From positions 25,420,001 to 25,484,000 of the forward strand of contig OX597823.1 of assembly GCA_951406725.2 (NCBI GenBank): DNA of 64,000 nt. The letters are read 5' to 3'. The DNA is from Octopus vulgaris (taxonomy: Eukaryota). Of this stretch, positions 53,366 through 64,000 are shown one piece after another (position 1 is the first letter of the stretch; every line of letters begins with the position of its first letter). The position numbers were made by a program, and so were the translations under genes. The notes below the pieces were generated by a model. It was not told where the DNA came from. It saw only the letters and a list, made by a program, of their open reading frames with translations, and made no database searches.

Positions 53366-53874
53366 GTGATAAATATAAGAAATAGAGATAAATAAAAAAA
53401 ATCTTTATAAAGGTCATGGATACAAACTACATAGGAAACGAACCCATATACACACAAACACACACAGTAACTTCACAGACGGCCATAGCAGTAACAGCAA
53501 CACGACTAACAATGATAGTAGTTGTAGGGGTGACGACGGGGGAAAGGGGTTGAGGGGAAGGTCATTGTTCCACTAAGAACAATGACACACTTGTATACAC
53601 ATACGCACTTGCACACACACATGCACACACAAACACACACATATACACACACATACACAAACACAGAAGCAACCGCATGTGCATATAAAGATACACATCA
53701 TAGAACAAGAGACTGAAATAAGTAGAGCAAGAGCACACACGAAAACGGAAAGTGTCGCTGAAGTGGTCACAGATGTATGACGAAAGATTTCCGGACAATG
53801 GAAAAAGAACAGCAATAAACGAGTGAAGGACGAATATAGTGCATGTGTTTATTTTGCAAAACAAAAATTACCAA

Positions 53875-54047
53875 GGCGCAGGAGTGGCTGTGTGATAAGT
53901 AGCTTGCTTACCAGCCACATGGTTCCGGGTTCAGTACCACTACGTAGCACTTTGGGCAAGTGTCTTCTACTATAGCCTCGGGCCAACCAAAGCCTTATGA
54001 GTGGATTTGGCAGACGGAAACTGAAAGAAGCCCGTCGTATATATGTA

Positions 54048-54112
<65 letters not shown>

Positions 54113-54320
54113 ATATGTTTGTGTGTCTGTGTTTGTCCCCTCAACATCGCTTGACAACCGATGCTTGTGTGTTTACGTTCCCGTAACTTAGCGTTTCGGC
54201 AAAAGAGACCGATAGAATAAGTACTAGGCTTACAAAGAATAAGTCTTGGGGGTGACTTGCTCGACTAAAGGCGATGCTCCTGGATGGCCACAGTCAAATG
54301 ACTGAAACAAGTAAAAGAGT
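53875..54320 (+). mobile_element. Major SINE copy
   Basis: Homologous to 10655-11048. Confidence 0.9.
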
Positions 54321-54342
54321 GTTCCAAAATACAATATATCCA

Positions 54343-54435
<93 letters not shown>

Positions 54436-54885
54436 TTCAACTACGGCTTAAGACCGCAATTTATTCACACGCACCATCTTTCAGAGCTTTGTCGCTAATT
54501 CAGTTCTAAACCAAATTAAAAACTGTTAACATGTTTGAAGAGGACTGGTCCCTGTATGTAACACCTCTAATCAAGTTTAGATCTAAATAACTTTTTTTAT
54601 TTTAAAAGCAAAATACATTTATCTTAGCTTGAATGATAGAAGAAAGCATGTGGAATGTTATAGTTTTGATCCCATGCAACAAAAATTAGTATAAAAAAGT
54701 TGTGAGGTAAAACATCATGAAAAAATATAAGTAAAAAGAAAATGAATTTAAGCATAATTAAAATTTTATTTCAAAAAATAAACTAATTCTAATTAAACTT
54801 AAATGATAGACACTTTTCAATAAGGTAAAATCTTATATTATTAGTTGACACATTATTAATTAGCATAATAGCATAGACTGGGAAA

Positions 54886-55625
54886 AACATGGATTACATG
54901 GAGCAAGAGAAATAATATTCTTAAGATTATAAAACTGGAAAAGTACAGGACAAGTTATTACACTCGGAAAATGTTGCAGCTGATAATAAAATTTCAAATA
55001 AAATATTTAGATTTAGAAAATATTAGCTTTTATTAAAACTAAAAATTTTATTACAAGTCACTACCTCTATTTGTAATTACTTGCTACTTCTATTAAAAAT
55101 TAAAAAAATAACTTAAAATATTTTTTGCACTTATTAATTAATAATTAGAAACTTGAAAATAGGCCATAAAATATAGTAGTACATAATTAGCGCAATAAAT
55201 AGAATAATACAAAAATTGGTTATATATTACAGTAAAATCTACCTATAACGATAAAATTTGCTTGAGTTGTTGCCTAAGTTATTACCACGTCTTCCCATGT
55301 TTAGTCTTGACTCAATGAATTTGTCTACCATATATACTATTCTACTTTGCATAAAACTTTAGCTATAATTGTACTTTTGGCTCTTATCTTTTAAGTATTC
55401 AAGTGTGTCAATATTTTAACAAAATGATGATACCTTTTTTAATTGTAATGTTACTTTGTAAATGAAAATTAAATAGTCTTTAGTATACAAATTTTATCCT
55501 TAGCTGCAATATTTTAAGTAAAAGTTTTCTTGTTATGTACTTTACCAGATGTAATATCTTGTCCTGTACTTTTCCAGTTTTATAATCTTAAGAATATTAT
55601 TTTGCTTGCTTGTATTTCTTCCATG
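54886..55625. mobile_element. AT-rich foldback MITE with long TIRs
   Basis: aaataatattcttaagattataaaactggaaaagtacaggacaag is inverted at 55557-55601. The body is homologous to 9655-10385. Confidence 0.78.
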
Positions 55626-55695
55626 TGTGTGTATAAATATATATGTGTGTGTGTGTATGTGTGTGTATAAATATATATATGTGTGCGTGTATATA

Positions 55696-55749
<54 letters not shown>

Positions 55750-55813
55750 TGACAAGGAGAAAGAAAAGGAAAGAAAAAGAAAGAAGCAAGAGGAGGGAGA
55801 TAATTTTACTTAC

Positions 55814-55909
55814 CAAACATACTCACAAAGCAACTTATATATTATCACGGATGACAGATTATAGAAATACCCAAATAGTATAATACCAACGATATCCAAC
55901 CAAATATAT
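55814..55909 (-). CDS. SLC18B1: SLC18B1-like gene A exon (96 nt, phase 2-2): YIWLDIVGIILFGYFYNLSSVIIYKLLCEYV(C)
   Basis: Acceptor cttcattgcag and donor gtaagt. Hydrophobic TM segment matching human QLWLLVLILVVSGLSAG. Phase compatible. Confidence 0.87.
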
Positions 55910-55984
55910 CTGCAATGAAGCAAAAAGGGGGATGTTAACACAGACTAGAACATGTGTGTGTTGTGTGCGCGCGCATATATATAC

Positions 55985-56200
55985 TACTTCTCTATCTGCC
56001 CGTATATAATCGTCTTTATTCCAAAATCATATGGAATATTTCTGTAGAGGCTTACTACATCAAAACGAAGTAAAAATGAATTCGTTTCTGAGGTTTGGGA
56101 AAGATAGGACAGGAAGTCGATGTAGAGGAAAGCTATAGCACTGCATTTAGAAAGTATATTGAAAAGGCATGAAAGAGATAACATGACGACTGCTTTTAAT
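55985..56200 (-). mobile_element. Penelope-like RT fragment
   Basis: DFLSYL..SFLLRFDVVSLYRNIP (the PLE DV.SLY.NIP motif). Confidence 0.7.
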
Positions 56201-56387
56201 CTGGACAGAATCTCTAAGTACTCTGGAAAAGATCAATATCTTCCTGAACAACCTTCCTCCTCGTTTCTTTCTCACTCACGCATCTATTGATATTTTCAAT
56301 ATTTTTCTCCCTATAAACAAAATTTATGGAAAGATGTCAAAGTAACACATGTGTAGTCCCAACCGAGTGAGACCATGTTATGCGTAT

Positions 56388-56791
56388 ACTCTTTTTACTC
56401 TTTTACTTGTTTCAGTCATTTGACTGCGGCCATGCTGGCGCACCGCCTTTAGTCGAGCAAATCGACCCCGGGACTTATTCTTTCTAAGCCCAGTACTTAT
56501 TCTATCGGTCTCTTTTGCTGAACCGCTAAGTTACGGGGACGTAAACACACCAGCATCGGTTGTCAAACAATGCTAGGGGGTCAAACACAGACACACAAAC
56601 ACACACATATATATATATATACATATATACGACGGGATTCTTTCAGTTTCCGTCTACCAAATCCACTCACAAGGCTTTGGTTGGCCTGAGGCTATAGTAG
56701 AAGACACTTGCTCAAGATGCCACGCAGTGGGACTGAACCCGGAACCATGCGGTTGGTTAGCAAGCTACTACCACACAGCCACTCCTGCGCC
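56388..56791 (-). mobile_element. Major SINE copy, inverted relative to 53875-54320
   Basis: Reverse complement of the 10655/53875 family. Confidence 0.9.
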
Positions 56792-56999
56792 TATGTGTAA
56801 GAAAAAAATGCATCTTTAGTGCTTATATTAATCTGTCAAATGTAATGCTTATTCACGTTATTTTGAATTATTCAGGTTCAAGAGGGGTGTCCACAATATT
56901 TGCTTGTAACTGTAAATTTTTTACATACAGATTTGAAATTTTTCCAGTGGGTGCTTTATATACCACTGGTTTATATTTATGTAATTTTAGCTGATATTA

Positions 57000-58010
57000 C
57001 TACGTAAATTTGACTTTCATGCGCAGGTAATTTTAATTAACAGGTGTAAAAGCAATAACATTGAAATTCTTAATGCATCTTACTTGTTTGATTTGTTTCT
57101 AAAATTATCTCAGATGGCATCCGGCAAGAATTTTGCCACTTTTCACGATGAAGTGAATTAATTTAACTTAATTAAATATAGGTATAATCAGTACAAGATT
57201 TTATTCTTTCGGTAAACATTTCGTACCTATGTGTGGAATAATTTCTTTCCACAGTTTTTTCAGGTGCATTCAACGTATCTGACTTCCAAACATGTCGCAA
57301 GTCACTTTTTTCCGGAAAAGGTGGGAGGGGTGGCGAAGATCTCAAAGTTTCCCACCAAGTGAGTTTTGTTTCGCGGGTCTTTTTTATTTTTCAGGTTATT
57401 TTGCATGCTTTCAACGAATATGACATCGAAATCACGCGTAAACGGCTCATTTTTCCAAGAAAGGAAAGGTTTGGCTGCAATTTCTAGCATGCCCTGCTAC
57501 CACGTAACAGCTGTTTGCGTTCATACTAAAATATTTACCAAAGTTTTCCTTCCATTTATTTTTTCCACTTTATGGAATCAATATTTTTTCTGTTGACATC
57601 CACCTCAGCGAGGTCCTGGATCAAGTGGAAGCACATCAATCACTCTTCCCTCATGACAGGACAAAGAAACTTTCCGCTCTCTTTGCAAGCAACAAGCGGG
57701 TGGATTTGGTTTCAAAGCAAGGCAGGGCCAAACGAGTTATTTATAATAATAAGTGGCATTATATTGGGGTTGAAAGAATGACGCGTACAATATTAAATGT
57801 GCTATGAAAATCTGAAAATAATAGAAACTTTTAAATGTTCACCGGTTTTTATGAAATTTTTGCGTTAACGGACTTAACAGAAGCTAAATGTAACGGAAGT
57901 TAATTAGTCCAATAACGATTTTCAAAGTTACCTTTAAATTTAAGTCGTTGACGAAAATGTTAACTTCGTTAATTAACGATTAACAGATTAACAGACTTAC
58001 GCCCGGCTCT
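57000..58010. mobile_element. Probable hAT DNA transposon remnant
   Basis: End ttaacgattaacagattaacagacttacgcccggctcta (TAGAGCCGGGCG-type TIR with subterminal ttaac repeats). FSKAG-like dimerisation remnant near 57710. The left boundary is uncertain. Confidence 0.4.
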
Positions 58011-58604
58011 ATATATTCAGTACCGTTTTCTGTACCCATCCCTCCATCTTAGTGTCTTTCAAACATATCACCCCACCTCCCACTCCTAACACATATTCCA
58101 TCCTTATATTCTTATATCTTCCTATCCTTCTTCTACTCCTCTCCCAACCTCCTCATAATATCTTGGCCACCATCTAACATTCCTTTTTCATTTTCTTTTC
58201 CGCTTTCTTTCTTTCTTTCTTCTTTCTCCGCCGATTCCTTTTGACTATTCGCCTCATTTTAACATACATGTCCATTCTCTTCTCCCTATCTACTGAATAC
58301 TACCACTATGTTCTCAAAATTTCACTCACGCCACATGACCCCTTTGAATGAACAGCACATGGAATCTACGTCTCCACACTTTCCAAATATGAACTCCTAT
58401 CGGAATTTACATACCACGATCAAGAAGCCTTTCTACCATTTCTACGCACTACTTTCCTTGGATAATGGAACTGAACTATAACATCCTACATATATTTTTA
58501 TTTTTACTCTCTTACTTCCCTTTATACTTCTTATTTCTATCCTTTTTCAAAATAACTCCTGATATTGAACTCTATTATTTTCCCCTATTTACCTCTTTCA
58601 CATT

Positions 58605-58652
58605 GTCTCTGATGAAGAGATATCCCTAAAATCCCAGAAACAGCTGTAAGAT
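58605..58652 (+). ncRNA. Minimal type I hammerhead ribozyme motif with intact core
   Basis: TCT-CTGATGA-agagatatccctaaaatccca-GAAAC-AGCT-GTA-AGA; palindromic loop AGCT; stem II partly eroded. Confidence 0.7.
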
Positions 58653-58929
58653 TAACTTTCTCTTTATAAATGTCCTGAAAATTCCACACAGTCTTGGCTT
58701 TGTTGTCTCATTTAATTTAACACTCACACACGCACACACACACGCACACAAACACAAACATTCACACACACACACACACATACACACACACACGCGCGCA
58801 CACACTAAGCTTGTAGTGACAGTGATTTTGGGGTCTAATTGATAGCGATGAGGCTTTCCTAAATTTATCAAGAGTGTGACCATCACACCCATGAGAAATT
58901 TCCAAGCTATCGTTCATCGTGGGATGAGA

Positions 58930-59172
58930 ACATGGATCTCAATGTATTTAAAATAAAGAGAATTAATAAATCGCAAATATAAATGCTATCATACGATCCC
59001 ATCGATGCATCGAACAATTCATCTGTATCGAATTTTTTAACCCATGTTCAACTCTCACTAAATAGAAGTGTTTCCTCGAATGCTTGATAAAGTCTAGGAC
59101 TATATGGTCTATATCAACATACGTTATTGCAAACTCAGTCACCTTATCAAGCAACGATCTCGATATAGATAT
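58930..59172 (-). mobile_element. Penelope-like RT fragment
   Basis: SISRSLLDKVTEFA..FIKHSRK..FDASMGSYD (PLE MGS motif). Confidence 0.65.
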
Positions 59173-60589
59173 TATGCAGGTCTCTCAGGGGTTTTGAAAG
59201 GATATTGTAAAGCTGTGGGCTTTTGAAATTCAAGCAGATGCAGTATATGGTCCTGTATCTTGATGACAATGTTGGGATCTTCGGTATCATGCAGTGGCAC
59301 CCCTTCTTGCTGAGGGCTTATGTCCCCCAGAAGACCATCATGGTTTCCTGTTCCCTCATTCCGAAAATTCGGAGAATCCATTCGGCCAACAATCTCCATG
59401 TTTTGTTGTTCTTCTTACTTCAGTTCTTTTGCATTGCTGTGCAGACAAATGGGTCTTGCTTCCATACCTGTAACACAAAGTCGTCTACCTTGAATGCAGA
59501 GCTATAAGGTTTTCTTAGCACTTTGTACATTTCACAGCTCTGAAATTGTTTTGTGGTTTTGCTGGATCATAATGAGTTGAATTTCTACAGCGATGGAACT
59601 TGACCACATACCGCAGAATGTCATATCTGCACTAACTACCTGCGCTTATTGTACCGCGAATGTGACACAATTTGAGCAGATTATCAGATCAGATGTGACA
59701 TTTCACCGATAACCCTGACACTGAATCTTTCTACTCTTGTTTCTCCAGCTTATAGGCAGGTGCGTCGCTTTGTATTTGGTTTTGTACTATCACCCCTTCT
59801 TCTGTTTTAAAAAGGAATATTAGCTCACATGAAATATATGCCAAGGCTGCCTCCAAATCATAGTTGAATAGGACAAGAAAATCAACTATATTTTTGGTAA
59901 GAGATACATTGCTTTCTACCTCACTGACATGGATTTGCGGAAGGCTTGCCACAGTTCGGTGAACAAAATACTAGAAGGCTTTCAATCTTTCAACAAAATG
60001 TTCTATACTAAAAGTTTCCTCTTCAAAAGAACACAAGCAAAAGACATGTTTTACTTATTCGTGTTTACATCCTAAGTGCATGTATTTGTTGTTGTTGACA
60101 AAAATTCTAATCGGTGGAGTCAACATATCTGTTTTCTTTTAGTTCGTGTCTACAATTACTACTTTGCGTTTCAATTAATTCAGCATTCTGAAGGGTTTTT
60201 ATTCTGTATGTGAAATGTATTATTTTGTACATTTTCAGTTTTGTTTTTGGAGACATGGTGTAAAATTTTCAAGACTATTTTCCTTTTACTCTTTTCTGTC
60301 AGTAGCGCGAGAAAAAAGAAATCTTGTTGAAAAATAAACAAAAACCTTATTTCTTTTCTTTTGAAAGTCCAAACATTAGGAATTTATCTCAATGCGAGTA
60401 TTTTGGGGTAAAAACTCTATTTCAAGTGTTAAAATAATTTTTTCTTTTTCTAAAAAAACGCTTACATACGTCGCATTGTATAATAAAAATATTAATTCAT
60501 CCCTTCTCGGCTCCCTTTTTTTCTGAGAAGATCATGGGGTTAAAGTCCCCACGCACCTTCTCCATAAGGTCTTATCAGAAGCAATCGTC

Positions 60590-60885
60590 ATTAGACTTAG
60601 CGGCTGGATCCCCAAGCGTGATCAACTGAAAGTATGGATATTATACAACCATCTCGCTCTCGGCCTACCCCAAGTCTCCTGCTGGTTGGCTCGGCTTGAA
60701 GAATCCGTCATACAAATCTTTCCTGTAACATTCTAATCACATGTCCGTAGAACCGAGCCTTTGACTTCTCAGTGTGGAACACGAGTAACTCGATCTGGAG
60801 AGGTTTCCTGATCTCGAGGCTATGCACCCTGTCGAGTAACGTTACTCCAGAGATCCCCAGGAGGAGTCCCATTTCGACCACTTGT
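60590..60885 (-). mobile_element. RTE-clade LINE 3' fragment
   Basis: EMGLLLGISGVTLLDRVHSLEIR..RFYGHVIRM, then GRPR.RW. Confidence 0.75.
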
Positions 60886-60903
60886 ATTCGTGTATATATA
60901 TAT

Positions 60904-60967
<64 letters not shown>

Positions 60968-60998
60968 GTACGTATGTACGCACAAATGATACAAGGAT

Positions 60999-61372
60999 GG
61001 GATGCCGAATGCACATTTGCTGAGGCACAAGAAGTCGAAGCCAAGAAGCCGAACGGATATAATCTCGAGCAGACAAGATGCCAAAAAGACACAAAAATTA
61101 AAATTTAACCTCGTTAAATATTAAGTCCCAAATTGATAAATTGGTCATTAAACTATGTAGGTAGGAATGTTTTGTTTTTTTTTGTATTCGTTCGGCTTCA
61201 TGTCCGTTCGGTACTGTGTCCGTTCGGCTTTATGCCCTTTCGGCATTGTGTCCGTTCAGCTTTACGTCCCTTCGGCATTGTGCCCGTTCGGCTTTATGTT
61301 TGTTCGACATTGTATCCGTTCGGCTTCTTGGTTTCGGCTTTTTGTCCTTCGGCAAAATTGCATTCGCCATCC
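60999..61372. mobile_element. MITE with TIRs GGATG.CGAATGCA and subterminal tandem repeats of about 17 bp (gtccgttcggc)
   Basis: 60999-61075 is inverted relative to 61300-61372. tgtccgttcggc units repeat across 61185-61350. Confidence 0.75.
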
Positions 61373-61578
61373 TGCCCGCACATGAGTACGAACACAGACC
61401 AATGCATATAGATATAGCTCGTTGAATTCCTCTTGATCACATATTACAGAGGAAGATGTACATTGCCAAGCTAATAAACATAGATACACTACAGAGAGAT
61501 AGATTTTGAAGCAGTACCTCTGCGAGTCATTAATGTTTTTATTATCATAATTTTATAAAAATCGTATCGACAACTTAC

Positions 61579-61673
61579 TTATGTTCTATTCCCAAGAAAG
61601 GCGATGGACCGCAGAGCAATAATGCGCTAGCAAGTAAAATATTTGACACAATGAGCAGACTTTTCGAATCTGA
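61579..61673 (-). CDS. SLC18B1: SLC18B1-like gene A exon (95 nt, phase 0-2): SDSKSLLIVSNILLASALLLCGPSPFLGIEH(K)
   Basis: Acceptor ttttcctttcag and donor gtaagt. Carries the family-typical LLxGPxPxL motif (human LLGPVPILHI). Phases fit both neighbouring exons. Confidence 0.9.
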
Positions 61674-62993
61674 CTGAAAGGAAAATAAACATATTAATTA
61701 ACTATTCAATATTCTGAAATATATTAATATATCAAGATTATACATGGTCTAGCTGTGGTACAATTCTTAGGTATAGGTATTCAAGCAACTGACTTTTGGA
61801 TCGTTAACAACCATCAATTTTGGCATAACGTTCGCCAATCCTCCTGGGTTATCTAGCTAATTACAATCCTTATTTTAAAGGAACTTATATTCAATAATTA
61901 CATATGTAACCGAAACATTACTAGCCATTCCTTTCATGACACCACACCTTCCTTGAGTAACTCAAACCTTACACCTCTTACATCAATCTCTTCTGTGAAG
62001 TAACGAAATGGAAGTAGTTAATACCTTACACCATCTCCTAAACTAACCATCTCTGTAGGATTGAAATAGAAAGTGCAAGTGCAAGAGAGGTTACAGTTTG
62101 GTTTGCCTTCTGTATCCCTGCCTATAACATTTCCCCCATATGTAAAGTGATGTCAATGTATGTCAGATGGTCTTGGTGTCACTAAGGAACTTTTTCAAGT
62201 TGAAAATCCTAGTCATATTTACCTCAAATCACACCCAATTTTTTAAAAATAAATGTTATATCGAACAACGTAATTCATGATCTACAGAAAGTCGGGACGG
62301 TCATGATTGAAGCACTTTTCCCCATAGACCAGTTCGGTCAAGACTGATCTGGTGTTAAGCAGCAACAACAAATCTCAACAAGACCCACTTTGTCTTTAGT
62401 TCTTTCAGAATCCATAAATAAAATATCATTCTATTAGTGATATCGCTTTTTTCCTCGCACTTTCTGTCTGTGGTTCTCCTTTCTGGAAAGAATCATCTGT
62501 GATCAGACATGGAGAATATTGACTTCACCAAGACTAAAATTGCTAAAGATATCCGGTGTGCCACAACGACACCCCTACAACTCCATCAAGAGGGCTCAAG
62601 GTGAAGCATAATCTTCCTATCTTAACTATGTACAACAAAGCAGACTGCATAAGCTAACGTTCAGTGCTTTGTTATGGACAGCACGTAACACTGTCCAGTG
62701 CTGATACATTAGGGCTAGGGCAGCATATATCTGTGCTAAAAGCCCTTCTATAGACCCTTTTTATAGATATATGAATTACACTAGGGTATCCTGAATGTCA
62801 TGTCTAGGGAGACAGTCATAGCATGACACTGACAAAATATGAACCAGTGACTTATAGTAGCCCCGACCGACCTACTTAACTTTCAAGAAGTATCTTCAAG
62901 TTTTAAGTATATCTAGAAGTTTTAAGTGTATCCAAGTTTTAAGTATATCCAGAAGTAAATCTTGAAACATCAATGGAACAAAGGAATACTCAC

Positions 62994-63092
62994 TACTTTA
63001 TACGCTATCCGGACGTTCAATAAGGATGCGAAGCTATAATTGATACAGAGCAGGCAGTACATCGCTCCTATCTCCGTCTGAGAGAAAGAAAA
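62994..63092 (-). CDS. SLC18B1: SLC18B1-like MFS transporter, gene A, internal exon (99 nt, phase 0-0): FSFSQTEIGAMYCLLCINYSFASLLNVRIAYKV
   Basis: Pyrimidine-rich acceptor ttttttgtctttttaag and donor gtgagt; open frame. Aligns by eye to the human SLC18B1 segment FNLPAGYVGLVFLGMALSYAISSPLFGLLSDK. An alternative in-frame cag acceptor would start the exon at 63077. Confidence 0.82.
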
Positions 63093-63692
63093 CTTAAAAA
63101 GACAAAAAAGAATTCGCTTCGTTAGTCTGACGTTTAATATTTTCAAATGGAAAAACGTTTGTTACCTTTATTGACTTAGCTCAAACTTTGACAGACACCT
63201 TTCCCTCAACCTATTTCTGGACAGGTACTAATAGTAATTTAAGCACTAGATGTATTCCCATTTTGCTGCAATACTTTGCTCCGTAGAACAACTAAAACTT
63301 TCACACAAGAATATTAGCTTATTGTAAAAGAGACAGGATGTTTTGTGACATTTATTTAGATCTACTTTTCCCTTTGAAAGTTGTGTCTTGACGATATTGA
63401 CTTTATTTTTCATTTGGAAAGTAATTCAAGGAACCAATACGATCGCCAGTACGAGTCCGTCGAATGATGTGACCTTTTGCTTATGTAAAAAAGTCCTTCT
63501 TTATGATTTGCAAAATACATCGAAATTTTCTTTTTCGTTCATCATAAAAAAGAATTAGATACGTTTTTGGAAATGATGCATTTTTCTGAAACGTACAAAA
63601 GCTTATTATTGGGGTTCGATGTAATCGACGTCCCTGCTTCCCCGAAATTGCTGGCTTTGTACCAAAATTGGAAACTATTATTATTTTTATTA

Positions 63693-64000
63693 ACCTGCGA
63701 CGGAACGGCGTCCCGTCCAGGTGGGGAACCTATACGCCAAGGAAACCGGGACACCGGCCCTGATGAGCCAGGCATGGTTCGAGAAGGAACAAACAATTAT
63801 TATTATTATTATTATTGTTGTTGTTGTTAAAGCAGCGAACTAGCAGAAACGTTAGCACGCCGGGCGAAATGCGTAGCCGTATTTCGTCTGCCGTTACGTT
63901 CTGAGTTCAAATTCCACCGAGGTCGACTTTGCCTTTCATCCTTTCGGGGTCGATAAATTAAGTACCAGTTACGCACTGGGGTCGACATAATCGACTTAAT
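63693..64000 (+). mobile_element. SINE fragments: V-SINE-like 3' part (63693-63790) and second-family SINE (63829-64000, running off the window)
   Basis: Homology to 44770-45022 and to 31495-31722. Confidence 0.8.

Noticed and set aside
59172-59952. Short ORFs (75, 94 and 73 aa) as host exons
   Set aside because: No recognisable homology and no phase slot in the gene A exon chain, since 61579 splices cleanly to 55909. Probably decayed transposon sequence.
61185-61350. CRISPR-like regularly spaced short repeats (also 34950-35137)
   Set aside because: The context is eukaryotic, there are no unique spacers of CRISPR length and no cas genes. The repeats are internal or subterminal parts of transposons.

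Overview
AT-rich, repeat-dense eukaryotic DNA. The tRNA-derived SINEs, the long AT/AAT/ATGT microsatellites and the mix of LINE, Penelope and LTR elements suggest an octopus (coleoid cephalopod) genome; this is an inference. Almost all ORFs in the supplied track are microsatellite or dead-transposon noise. The real host genes are small minus-strand exons that I assembled by hand from splice sites and phases. They form two head-to-tail, highly divergent SLC18B1-like (vesicular polyamine transporter, MFS) paralogues. Gene A contributes its last six coding exons (63092 down to 42382, stop included). Gene B contributes several N-terminal/middle exons (26791 down to about 2595); one frame-essential exon of about 74 nt was not found. 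Introns and intergenic DNA contain three Gypsy LTR elements, a tandem/chimeric Helitron array, a 1.7-kb ORF1-only non-LTR element with a TSD, and Tx1, R4/Dong, CR1 and RTE LINE fragments. They also contain Penelope fragments, at least four minimal hammerhead ribozyme motifs, a full-length mariner, several foldback MITEs and many SINEs. All comparisons to human SLC18B1 and to transposon families were made from memory, not by database search.
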